From NCBI GenBank assembly GCA_965218785.1, contig OZ244650.1, positions 1,184,001-1,248,000 on the forward strand: DNA of 64,000 nucleotides, read 5' to 3'. The position numbers were made by a program, and so were the translations under genes. This DNA comes from Nitrosopumilus sp. (GTDB lineage: Archaea > Thermoproteota > Nitrososphaeria > Nitrososphaerales > Nitrosopumilaceae). Below the pieces are notes generated by a model, which saw nothing but the letters and a program-made list of their open reading frames with translations, ran no database searches and was not told the origin of the DNA. Positions 37,080 through 46,800 of this stretch are shown in pieces (position 1 is the stretch's first letter; every line of letters begins with the position of its first letter).

Positions 37080-39206
37080 TCAGTTTTTCATTGTTTTAAT
37101 CCGATGTGCGGGAATGAACTTGACTTTTGCCATATCATTATATTTTTCAAACTCGCGTACAAAATACCCTGATGGGCGTTTTCCTCCAAGCTCCGGATAA
37201 TGCAGCCCTATACAAAATCTCACAGCGTCCACCACATCAAAATTACGTCCTGAGAACAGTTCATCTTCATACTGCTTTAATATTTCAGTAGAATTTCTGA
37301 TTATCTCATCTATCTCCCCAACTGTCTGAAAACCAAATTCTGTTATTTCCTCCACTAGTTCCAGGATACTTTGATCTGACTGTTTTGCCCTAAGATGGAA
37401 CCGCCAGTCAAGACATGTCTTAAAACGATGCGTGTTTATTTTTGATTCTTTTCTTGGATATTCGTTATTTTTTAACAGTTTGACATCGGTTGTTCTTCCT
37501 TTAGGGTATTTCCCGATTACTTTGGATTTTTCTAGCGAGTCCACTCTATTTCGAATCATGGATTCGGTGACGTCCCCCCCAATCAACAAATTTACCATCT
37601 CTTTTATTGACATACTGCCCCCGCGTAGCAGTTTTTTGATCATCATATCAATGACATGCCTTCTTAATCTATCCAGAAATGGGGCTACAATGCCGGTCTG
37701 TTCTGCAAGATAGGATATCTGATCAAAAATGATTGTTGTGAAATCCTTTGTGCAGTTGATCTGCTCCTGTCTTTGTATCTCACCCCATACTAATCCCCAA
37801 TCAAAGGAACCATGTTGCAGTTCATGGGGCGTGTCAGGACTGCCAGTAACCAGTGCGGCCATGTCCTGTATGTCCCCCTCCCTGTTTGCTACTGCTTTGA
37901 GTAAAAACACATCCTCGTTTCTTAGCAGCCCCATCTTTAGTCGTCCATAATCTCTAATGTCCGCCCTCTCTTTCATGGCAGATGATAACGACAGATCCTG
38001 CATTATCATACATGTGAACAGATCGATTCTGCTCTTCTGATCATGTACAAAAATATCATCGGGTTTCATCCTTTTATCCTCGTCAGAATAATCCGTTTCA
38101 ATTATTCTTTTATATCCCATACCGGCAAGAATCCCGGCCAAATCATCAAAATCACTTTTATTTTCCACCACCACATCACAGTCTTTTGTGCTGTTCTTTA
38201 GTGATTTTATTCTCATATTTTCTCCGCCAAACAGGTATATCGTTTTGGACTCTTGGAGACTGTCACTGATTTCCTGAAATAATAAATTATTGGGTTTTGG
38301 TATTGCATATATTTCAGTTGGTATGTCATATAATTCCGCCTTGGATAGAAACTCGTCCCATGGCAAAAAAAAGTCCGTGTTTTTCAGCGGCATCCTACGC
38401 ATGTAAGCTTCAATATCCAGCCAGGTCTCGGATATTCCCAGTTCTGATGCCTTTTTTCGTAGTTGAAGGATATCCATCCGGTCTTTGTGTTTTGCATAAA
38501 AAATGATTGCCATCAGCAGCTCTATCTTATTTTTTGAATGATTTGCAGAAAAAACCGCATGTAATAACACGTCCTGTATATCCAAACCCTCTTTTTGTTC
38601 ACAAAAATAGTCATGTGTGGTATGATATTCAATGCCGTAATCTGAAAATAATGTAAATCCGGTTGTTGCACCTTTGGCAGCTTTGCCATCGGGTGTTTTC
38701 CGCAGTATTACCGAATTCTCATCATAAATGATTTCAGTATTTCCCTCCTCATATTTTTTCATTCTTTCGGTTTTTAATAATTTTGCAAACAGGATCAGTC
38801 CTTCCTTTGATTCATCCATGTTTATCACGTCCTCTTTTTTTATGATGGCCCCTATTGACTGTAAATCCGATATTGACTTGTAGGTCGTCGCCTTTGATAA
38901 TCCTGATTTTTTTATTAATTCGTCTACGGTGATATCCAAATCCATGCTGGAGAGGATTGTTTCATTTGATTCATAAAGTAATTTTTTGACATCCACACTC
39001 TGTGCAATATCCCGGAACAACACCGCTTTTGGCGTTTCTTTTAATCTGATTACCGCGCCTTTCTTCTCGATGTAATCCTCTTTTGTAAGATTTTTTATTA
39101 TTTTTGCTAGCCATCTGCCCTTTATTTGCAATAGTTTTGATAATTCATCTGGTTTTTTTTCTCCATCAACTAGCGATTCAAGTAGTTTTATTGAAATTAT
39201 ATTCAT
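37080..39206 (-). CDS. wHTH / DUF6036-like nucleotidyltransferase fusion protein
   Basis: Two N-terminal HTHs; YLFGGENM...STKDCDVV; LLKAVANREGDIQDM; further C-terminal wHTH-like region. Confidence 0.7.
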   Translation of the reverse strand: MNIISIKLLESLVDGEKKPDELSKLLQIKGRWLAKIIKNLTKEDYIEKKGAVIRLKETPKAVLFRDIAQSVDVKKLLYESNETILSSMDLDITVDELIKKSGLSKATTYKSISDLQSIGAIIKKEDVINMDESKEGLILFAKLLKTERMKKYEEGNTEIIYDENSVILRKTPDGKAAKGATTGFTLFSDYGIEYHTTHDYFCEQKEGLDIQDVLLHAVFSANHSKNKIELLMAIIFYAKHKDRMDILQLRKKASELGISETWLDIEAYMRRMPLKNTDFFLPWDEFLSKAELYDIPTEIYAIPKPNNLLFQEISDSLQESKTIYLFGGENMRIKSLKNSTKDCDVVVENKSDFDDLAGILAGMGYKRIIETDYSDEDKRMKPDDIFVHDQKSRIDLFTCMIMQDLSLSSAMKERADIRDYGRLKMGLLRNEDVFLLKAVANREGDIQDMAALVTGSPDTPHELQHGSFDWGLVWGEIQRQEQINCTKDFTTIIFDQISYLAEQTGIVAPFLDRLRRHVIDMMIKKLLRGGSMSIKEMVNLLIGGDVTESMIRNRVDSLEKSKVIGKYPKGRTTDVKLLKNNEYPRKESKINTHRFKTCLDWRFHLRAKQSDQSILELVEEITEFGFQTVGEIDEIIRNSTEILKQYEDELFSGRNFDVVDAVRFCIGLHYPELGGKRPSGYFVREFEKYNDMAKVKFIPAHRIKTMKN

Positions 39207-39238
39207 TTAGTATTATCATACTACTTTTATATATATAC

Positions 39239-39261
39239 TTTAGTCTTAATTTAAGACTAAA
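39239..39261. promoter_or_regulatory. Perfect 11-1-11 palindrome TTTAGTCTTAA-T-TTAAGACTAAA beside a TATA box
   Basis: Abuts a tatatatata box ~25 nt upstream of the 39206 start. Confidence 0.6.
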
Positions 39262-39692
39262 TTGATTATACAAGAAGTATTAAGAGAAAATTCCACAAGC
39301 TCTTCAAATCAGTAGAGATGACAGAAGAGGATGTCTGTTAGTGGATGGTTTAGAAATCATGGAAGTTGAGGTCTGCAAGTTATAGGTGGCAAGTTAGATT
39401 GAATTCTATTGATGGGTGTTTAAATGAGTATGATATGTTTCCTGCCATCAATTAATCATCTGGTTAAATAGGCGTCTTGCCTCAAGCCCCATTCAAAAAA
39501 AAAGTCTGTAAACTGGATCATTGAAAAACAGATCAGGCGATATTACAATATGCAACAACCAAGCCATAAGAGTTCTCCTGGCAGGACTTTGACCCCCCAG
39601 ACTCTCAAAAACGCCATATATCAGAAAAACCCGCAACGATATCTTGGCGGCATCACAGATAGGGTTTAATTTCACAGGAGGGATTCAAAATC

Positions 39693-40538
39693 ATGGAAGA
39701 AGGTGCAGAGAGGACCAATAATGCAAACAACGGCAAGAGGATGATTATTCTGGGATTTGCAGTGATAATACTGCTGTTTCTGATTTATGACAGGTACCAG
39801 GATCCGGAACTGCTCACTCCCAGCGCGATAGATTCCATCCAAAGAATCGCGTACGGGTTTTACATAACACTGCTTGCGGCATTTGGATCAATTGCCTTTG
39901 GAATGTACAGGTATCACAGGGCAAAGGTACTGGGCAAAGGAACAGATCTATCAACTATAATCGCACTTGCGACGTGGAACCGGAGATCACGGAAGATCTT
40001 TATTGCGACGTTTGCAGGATACGGGATATTTTTTTCACTGATCTCAGGGACGCTGGTGTACCAGCCCGAGGTCAATTTTGCAGTCCATTACGGCGCGGAG
40101 ATTCCGTCTGGTTTTATCGCGCCCTGCTGTGACGAACCGGGATACATGCCGAAGATAATCGTGTATGTGACAGAGCACGTGGGGCTGCAGGTGATTCCAA
40201 TCAACCTGACATTGCAGATAATCGTCTCATACCTGGTCGGATTAAACGCGTCAGTTGCTGCCAGTGCGTATGCGGTCTCAAAGAAGGGCCGCGGATTAAG
40301 CACGGTCGGAGCTGCTGCAGGGCTGTTCATTGCCTGTCCGACCTGTGCGGGGACGTTCCTCTCAGTGTTTATCGGGACTGCAAGCGGGATTGCCCTGTCA
40401 ATTGCGCTCTCACAGATGCAGACGCTCTTCATTGCAGTGTCAATTCCCGTGTTGCTGCTTACGCCGTATCTGATGGCGCGGAGGCTGAGAAACGCAGACG
40501 GCAGCTGCAAGATAGGCCATGCCGCAGGTGTTGACTAG
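39693..40538 (+). CDS. Multi-pass membrane protein with CC and CPTC motifs
   Basis: About six TM helices, APCC, IACPTCAG; core-like codon usage. Confidence 0.75.
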   Translation: MEEGAERTNNANNGKRMIILGFAVIILLFLIYDRYQDPELLTPSAIDSIQRIAYGFYITLLAAFGSIAFGMYRYHRAKVLGKGTDLSTIIALATWNRRSRKIFIATFAGYGIFFSLISGTLVYQPEVNFAVHYGAEIPSGFIAPCCDEPGYMPKIIVYVTEHVGLQVIPINLTLQIIVSYLVGLNASVAASAYAVSKKGRGLSTVGAAAGLFIACPTCAGTFLSVFIGTASGIALSIALSQMQTLFIAVSIPVLLLTPYLMARRLRNADGSCKIGHAAGVD

Positions 40539-40729
40539 GTTACACGGTTTGCAACGTAGAGCATTCTGTCTTAACTTCAGATATCTGTAAACTGATTGTG
40601 GGATCTTTATTTCAGATCAATGTGGGTTTCCTCTGGGTGAGAAAAAAGCCAAAAGTCCACTTTGAACCATATTTTGGAACATCCCCAATGACAACATGAT
40701 TTATAATCACATGTTTGGAATACCACATA

Positions 40730-40834
40730 TTGAAAGAATTAAAAAAAGGCTGGTTAAAAATTCAAGTCGAAAAAGCACAAAAATACTATGATGAACTTCC
40801 ACAGTGGAAGAAAGACATGGTTAAAAGAGACTAA
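40730..40834 (+). CDS. 34-aa 'KGW' micro-protein, divergent copy C (MKELKKGWLKIQVEKAQKYYDELPQWKKDMVKRD)
   Basis: TTG start ~24 nt after tttataat, followed by an oligo-T tract; similar to 28235-28357. Confidence 0.5.
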   Translation: MKELKKGWLKIQVEKAQKYYDELPQWKKDMVKRD

Positions 40835-40927
40835 TGTCTTTTTTTTATTTTTTGATAAAAATCCAGACATCTCGTGCTAGTAAAATTTGTAGTGATATTG
40901 TAAGCGTCCCGATCGCTTTCTGCCGTC

Positions 40928-41239
40928 ATGTACGACAGGTATTGCCCCACTGCGGGTGCTGACACCCAGAGATTCAAACAAATACAGGACCAGGCAGATA
41001 CAAACATGGGCATACAGACACCCTCAGAATATATTGATTTTTTCCTGAATCTCAACATGGGTGAGGACGCAAGTCTGCTGAGCTTTCTTAACAATGAGAA
41101 ACTGACATTAAAGCAGAAGCTCAGATATAAAAACCAGGAAAAAGAGCCAATCAAAAAGGGAATTGAGATCCTAGAGGGGCTAGCAGAAGAGGTCGGCAGG
41201 ATTGGCAGAAAGGCAGTACTGGAAAAATACCGGAGATAA
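40928..41239 (+). CDS. Hypothetical protein
   Basis: Clean ORF with core-like codon usage. Confidence 0.65.
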   Translation: MYDRYCPTAGADTQRFKQIQDQADTNMGIQTPSEYIDFFLNLNMGEDASLLSFLNNEKLTLKQKLRYKNQEKEPIKKGIEILEGLAEEVGRIGRKAVLEKYRR

Positions 41240-41251
41240 ACAGGAGAAAAG

Positions 41252-41824
41252 ATGGAGAAAGATACGGATATCATCAGGACTGAGATCCTCAGGGTTCTCA
41301 ACGAGAGTGGGAGGATTCGCGGAACCGAACTAGCCAAGAGGGTGATAAAAAAGATGGGCAGTGAAAAGATCGTATACAGGGAGATCAGCACGCTAGTCCA
41401 GGCAGGGGAGATAGAGAAGATGGTCCGTGACAGAACCCACATAGAATACGAGCTAGTCGACCTCTCAGAATCGGCAAGCATCCAGCTCAAAAACATCCAC
41501 GTGGAGATCAGCCGGGTTTTCGGGGAGATCAACGATTTTGGCGATGCATGCACAAAAGAGGAGGAAAAACTCTCATTTCATGAGAGGCAAAGGATTGTCA
41601 TCTGCCTCATTCACGCCGTACAGTCAACTAACGGGGTGATGAAGTTGTTATCATACTATCCGACATTCAAAAAAGACAGAATGTTCCCGCAGATCAACAG
41701 GATGACAGATGACTGCTGGCAGAATATCATCAGTATTATCATGCACCAGCAGGAGACGGAATTTCTAAACGAGGTTCTTGCAAACCTGTTAATGGTGCAG
41801 TCTGACTCTAAGAATGTAAACTAG
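41252..41824 (+). CDS. Winged-helix domain protein
   Basis: ILRVLNESGRIRGTELAKRV...YREISTLVQAGEI. Confidence 0.7.
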   Translation: MEKDTDIIRTEILRVLNESGRIRGTELAKRVIKKMGSEKIVYREISTLVQAGEIEKMVRDRTHIEYELVDLSESASIQLKNIHVEISRVFGEINDFGDACTKEEEKLSFHERQRIVICLIHAVQSTNGVMKLLSYYPTFKKDRMFPQINRMTDDCWQNIISIIMHQQETEFLNEVLANLLMVQSDSKNVN

Positions 41825-42146
41825 ATCTTTTCCTGGCTCTCTTTTGTATTGCGATTACCGTTTTCCCATCATTGCCGGTTTATCAAAGTTGGTTTTTCTG
41901 TCGGATTTAATCCCGGATTTGACGTGTCTTTTTTTTTGTGTCTCCATGAGGGCGTGCCGCATTAATCTATTTTCCCTTTTTTTGTCTTCCAAGATGACAG
42001 TTGTATAGTCAGACCGCAGTCAGTATACACCACCTACACGTTCTTCTTGATTGTCTGGCCGCATCTGAAAATGATTAAAGCCAGGATGCGCAAACGTGCG
42101 TGCAGGGTAAATACATCTGAAATATTTGCTCCTTGGAAAAGATCCA

Positions 42147-42449
42147 TCACCTTGAGAATAACCGCACAAAAAATGATTTTTTTCTCGGGGATGCGTTTTT
42201 TGCACCCTTTCTGGAAATCATCCCATCGATGAACTCGTCTGTCACAAGGCTCTTGGGCTTTGCCTTCTCCCCCTGCAGCATCCTTATCTTCTGATCGAGC
42301 TTCTCGGTCATGGATTCCAGGAATTTCATGTCTGTTCTGTATAGCGGCTTTTCTTTTTTGATGCATTCCAGAATAAATTTCAGCCTGCCCTCATCTCCCA
42401 TTCCGGAGTTTAGCAGGTCAGTTGCCATGGTGTGATAGTCAGGTGCCAC
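42147..42449 (-). CDS. Hypothetical protein
   Basis: GMGDEGRLKFILECIKKEKPLYRTDMKFLE helical domain. Confidence 0.6.
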   Translation of the reverse strand: MAPDYHTMATDLLNSGMGDEGRLKFILECIKKEKPLYRTDMKFLESMTEKLDQKIRMLQGEKAKPKSLVTDEFIDGMISRKGAKNASPRKKSFFVRLFSR

Positions 42450-42769
42450 TTTATTATGGTGGTAAAATCTGCTAATAATTCTTTGTGGATCTGCTGTTTT
42501 TAGGCAGAATTGTGTGATGAGCCGGCAGTCAGGATGATATCACCATAAACAGGCATGTGATGGGCCAGACGATGATGATGATACAAGCAGATCAGGTCAT
42601 CTACGGATGATTTACGGTGGTGGCATATGCTCTTTTACCTCCTATCTTTTTGCCGCCGCAGCTCTACTCGTAACAGTTAAACCAGTCCGGAATTTTCCTG
42701 GTTCTAGCTATTTTACTGATACGAATCCCGATGATCAGGTACTTATTTTCAATGAACCAAGTGTTTTTA

Positions 42770-43003
42770 ATGGATATCAAAGAGGAGGACCGTTCTGAGG
42801 AATCGCAGAGAAACCACGTCACATACTACAAGTCGCTGGCCAGGACGATCTCAGATGTCGAGGAGGAGAAAAAGCGGGAGGGGGATCAGGTGGTAAGGGA
42901 TCATCTTGATAAAAGAATAGAGGCCATGCAAAGGGACAAAAAAAGGATAAGGGGGATGTTTCCAGATGTCTCAGAAGAGCAGTGGGATGCCGATCCTGTC
43001 TGA
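42770..43003 (+). CDS. Small helical hypothetical protein
   Basis: RNHVTYYKSL...RIEAMQRDKKRIRGMFP. Confidence 0.6.
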   Translation: MDIKEEDRSEESQRNHVTYYKSLARTISDVEEEKKREGDQVVRDHLDKRIEAMQRDKKRIRGMFPDVSEEQWDADPV

Positions 43004-43301
43004 AGAAGAAGGAAAAAAACATGCCAGGATCAAATAATTTGTGCCTTGTAGTTTCATCATATTTTGAAATATCATTTTAAATGGCCTCAAGCATTGGAGG
43101 GAGTTGATCTAATAATCCGGGTTTAGCTAACAGTGCCAGATCAGAAACAATCAATGTTTTTTGTTGAGATTATAAAAAATTAAAACTAAAGATACGGTAA
43201 TCTTTGGGATCCAACTCTAATTTAGCCGGGTCAAATCAAGGTATGACTAGGAAGGTTCAGGAACAGTTCTCAGGGATTTGAATGCTGCAAGAATAGTAAG
43301 A

Positions 43302-43532
43302 TTACTTTGAATTCTCGTCCTGATTGTGTTGAAAAGGATCGACGCCCATTTTCAGTTGAATCTTGGAAATCTCTCTTCCAAAAGACCTATAGAAATTATT
43401 TATTTGATTTTCCACATTATCAAGCTTTGTACAATTTTTACCAACTTGATTTTTTAACTCTGCTGTTTGATTTTTTAACTCTTTTACTTGATTTATTAAT
43501 TCATCAACCCACTCTGGTTTATCTTCATTCAT
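43302..43532 (-). CDS. Heptad-repeat coiled-coil protein
   Basis: ELKNQ repeats and NCTKLD shared with NCSKLD of 12402-12671. Confidence 0.6.
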   Translation of the reverse strand: MNEDKPEWVDELINQVKELKNQTAELKNQVGKNCTKLDNVENQINNFYRSFGREISKIQLKMGVDPFQHNQDENSK

Positions 43533-43690
43533 ATCAGGTTTTCTCGCCTTATTCTTTAATATATGTTATTTAATGTATCTCAAGATTTCTGAATGGAAGT
43601 GCCCGGATCCGCATCAATGGCATTTAGATCGGATTGAACATAAAAAATTCTCCTTGTGCCAAACATAACCATTACTATCTCAATTGGTGT

Positions 43691-43767
43691 TTATTCAGAT
43701 CCCTATAACTTTAGTACCTTACAAGTATAGTAATCACGATATAATCAGATCCCAAAGATACAGTACC
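43691..43767 (-). mobile_element. Two tandem IS6-like right ends
   Basis: Revcomp GGTACTAAAGTTATAGGGATCTGA (ends 43718; matches 13005-13031) and GGTACTGTATCTTTGGGATCTGATTATAT (ends 43767). Confidence 0.5.
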
Positions 43768-43889
43768 GAAATATCACATCAGGTAAAACGGATCCGGGAG
43801 CAAACTAATAGAAAACCATCCATACACCACATGGCATATTTGCCATCAGATTAAACAAGTCATGGATTATCCAATCAAAGCCCATGTGT

Positions 43890-46800
43890 TTAGCCAAATA
43901 GTGATTGGAACCATCTGATGATCTGCTCAAATATGTTATAACTGCGTTTGGGTTCTGGTGTATCAGGTCCTGGGTAAGGATCCACTGGCAATGGTACTGG
44001 TATTTCTGGTACTGGTATTTCTGGTACTGGTATTTCTGGTACTGGTATTTCTGGTACTGGTATTTCTGGTACTGGTATTTCTGGTACTGGTATTTCTGGC
44101 GTTGGTTCTGTCCTGTCTGTAGACTGTGATTCACCATCTTCAGATGTTACAGCAATGTTGTACGCCGTATTACTGTGTGCAGAGAGGGTTATTCCACGGT
44201 TGTCCTGCAAGAACATGCTGAGACGGCCTGAGAACTCGTCATCAAATGGTATCATGATACTGTTAAAACGCTTTCCAGTTGAAAGAAGGGATTCAAGGTA
44301 TGATACCTGTGTCTCAGATATGATCGAGGCGTTATCACAGACATAAAGATTATCTGTTGCGTATTCCTTGCCGGTACATTCCTCATGTGCAAGAACATTT
44401 GCAATCAACATGTACTGTATCAGGGCAGCAGGTAATTGCGGTACTGCAGGATCCGAGAGGATGATCTCCATCTTTAGGATGTTCTGGCGTGCGTCAATGG
44501 GCAGTATACGTGGTGTTATTGTAAGTGATGCGTCAGGTTCAAGCGTTATCTGGGATGGGACTGTCAATACGTTTTCTCCGTTGGATGTAAAGATGAAGGA
44601 CAGGTCATAGGGCGAACCTCTGCCGTCGCCGCCACCGCTGCCTCCGCCGCCGCCGCCGCCGCCGCCTCCGCCGCCTCCGCCTCCGCTACCTCCGCCGCCT
44701 CTTCTAGGAGTGGGGTCTGGTTCTACTGGGTCTGTTCCCTCATCAACAGGTGTTGTTGTTGGTGGTGTTGGTGGTGTTACCAGGTTTGAGCCAAATACTG
44801 TAAAGTGTGCAGTCCAGATTATCAGGTCACTGCCAGTGTTTATGAAGCACTCTCCTGCGCTGTTAAGCTGCTCTGATACAGGGGTAAGATCATCGCCATC
44901 ACACGCTGCAGTTATCTGGGTAGCTGCTGCGCCGCCCTCAGAGTACCATGGAACGTTGCCTGCCTGTCCTCCAAGCTGTATCCGTATCGGTTTATCCGTA
45001 TTTATCACAGAGCCTGCCTGTCCTATCTCGATGCAGGATGCCTGTGCACCAGAAGTTATTGCAGTGGAATCACAGCCGGATCCAGAGTCAGTTGGCAGAA
45101 TCAGTATTCCATCAAAGGTAGAAGAGCTAAAGCTGGTGAAGGCAGGGATTGTCACCCGGATGTCCCCTCCACGTATACCTGTCGCAGTTACTACAATCTC
45201 GTTGTTTGTCGTAGCAGTTGGAGTCACTGATTCGCCGTCTATCAGTGATGAATAATCCAGCGTGGCATCTACTGTACTTGGATATTTGACTGTGGCAAGG
45301 GTGGAATCAAAATCAGTGACTGCGATGCGGTTATCAGTAGCGTCAAGTACGACGTTGACTTCTGCTGTTACCGGATAGTCTTCTAGTGGTGAGAGCGCCG
45401 ATGTAGAGTCTGATGTCTTTGTTGGACCAGATACGTCGATTGTGGCAGTGGTTCCGGCTGGGGTAGTTGAGAGGGTGAGTGATATGACAGTGTAATTGGC
45501 ATCATCGGGAGTGGCATCAATAAACGAATCTATTGTATGGGGCGTGCCAGCAGGTGACATTACGTCATCATAATGGGTGGCATCCGTAGTTACTAGTTTG
45601 CTGTAGATTATGGTGATTATATTATTGGAGAGCCTTGCAGATACTATCTCAGGTACTTCCGCATCAACTGTGATGGTATATGTGTTAGATGCCGTGTTTT
45701 GGTTACCTGCAGGATCTGCTGCCACATTTTCAGGTACGGATACTATTACCGTACCATCAGATGTAGTCACCACATCAAAGGTGTATGAGATGTCTGCCGT
45801 AGCAGTTTCAAAGTTTGATGGTACCGGTGCACCACCTGATGCCGTTCCGGATATTATGATATCTGCCACATCAAAGCCTGGCACAGGCTCGTTGAAGGTG
45901 ACAGTGTAGGATGCGGTGGTGTCAGTAAGTGTGGTGTCGCCATCAGCGATATCAGCGTTAGTTATGGTTACAGTTGGGCGGGTGGCATCATCTACGTTGT
46001 TTGTCACAGGCAGGGCAGCAAATGCCGCAAGTGCGTTTCCTGCAGCATCAGTTATGGCATCACCAACTGCGTAATTTATCGTGGGTGTGTCCCCGAGCGA
46101 TATCTGGGTATCCACAGTTATGGTTACGGTAGTTCCAAGTATTACAGTACCAGTAACTGTATTGCCAGGTACGGTAAAGACCGGGGTAGCCGCAGTTCTT
46201 GCAAGGAATTCGGATGCAGTAAGTACGATCGTATTCGCATCACTAGTTACAGCAGCTACGATGGTTGGTACAGTCGTATCAGGACCTAAAACCGCAAGTG
46301 TCTTGATGGTGTTTGGAGTGTCAGTGTTTGCTATTACAGATGGAAGATCTCCTCCGTATACGAGTGCCAGCGTATCATCATCATCATCATTTACACTGAC
46401 AAGCGAGTTGAATGCGCCATTTGCCGTGTCATGCTCGAATGGGTCACCACGGGCAGTCAGACCGGTGGATGATATGTCATATAATCGGATAAAGCCGTCT
46501 GCATCATCTCCCCTGTACGCAAGTGCCAGCGTATCAGAATCCAGCAGTGCCAGCGAGTTGATATGTACCTGCTCTTCAAATTCGGCAGCTGCAGATGTGG
46601 TCTGATATGTAGCAGCGTTAGTTCTTCCGGTAAAGCCACCAGATGAGGTAACATCAAATACCTTGATGGTACCATGCCCGTCATCTGCTAATGCGGCATC
46701 ACCAATCGCAGAGTATGCGACTGCCACAGTGTCACTATCCACCCGGACAAGGGAGTGGTATGCCGTCCTTCTGGAATCATGTTCAACGGCATCTATGACA

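Noticed and set aside
40831-41553. 240-aa minus-strand ORF
   Set aside because: Antisense to two better-supported plus-strand genes
43805-44137. ORFs with (QKYQY)n and (WYWYF)n repeats; possible CRISPR-like array
   Set aside because: Alternative frames of the 15-bp (PEIPV)7 repeat in the giant gene; no spacers
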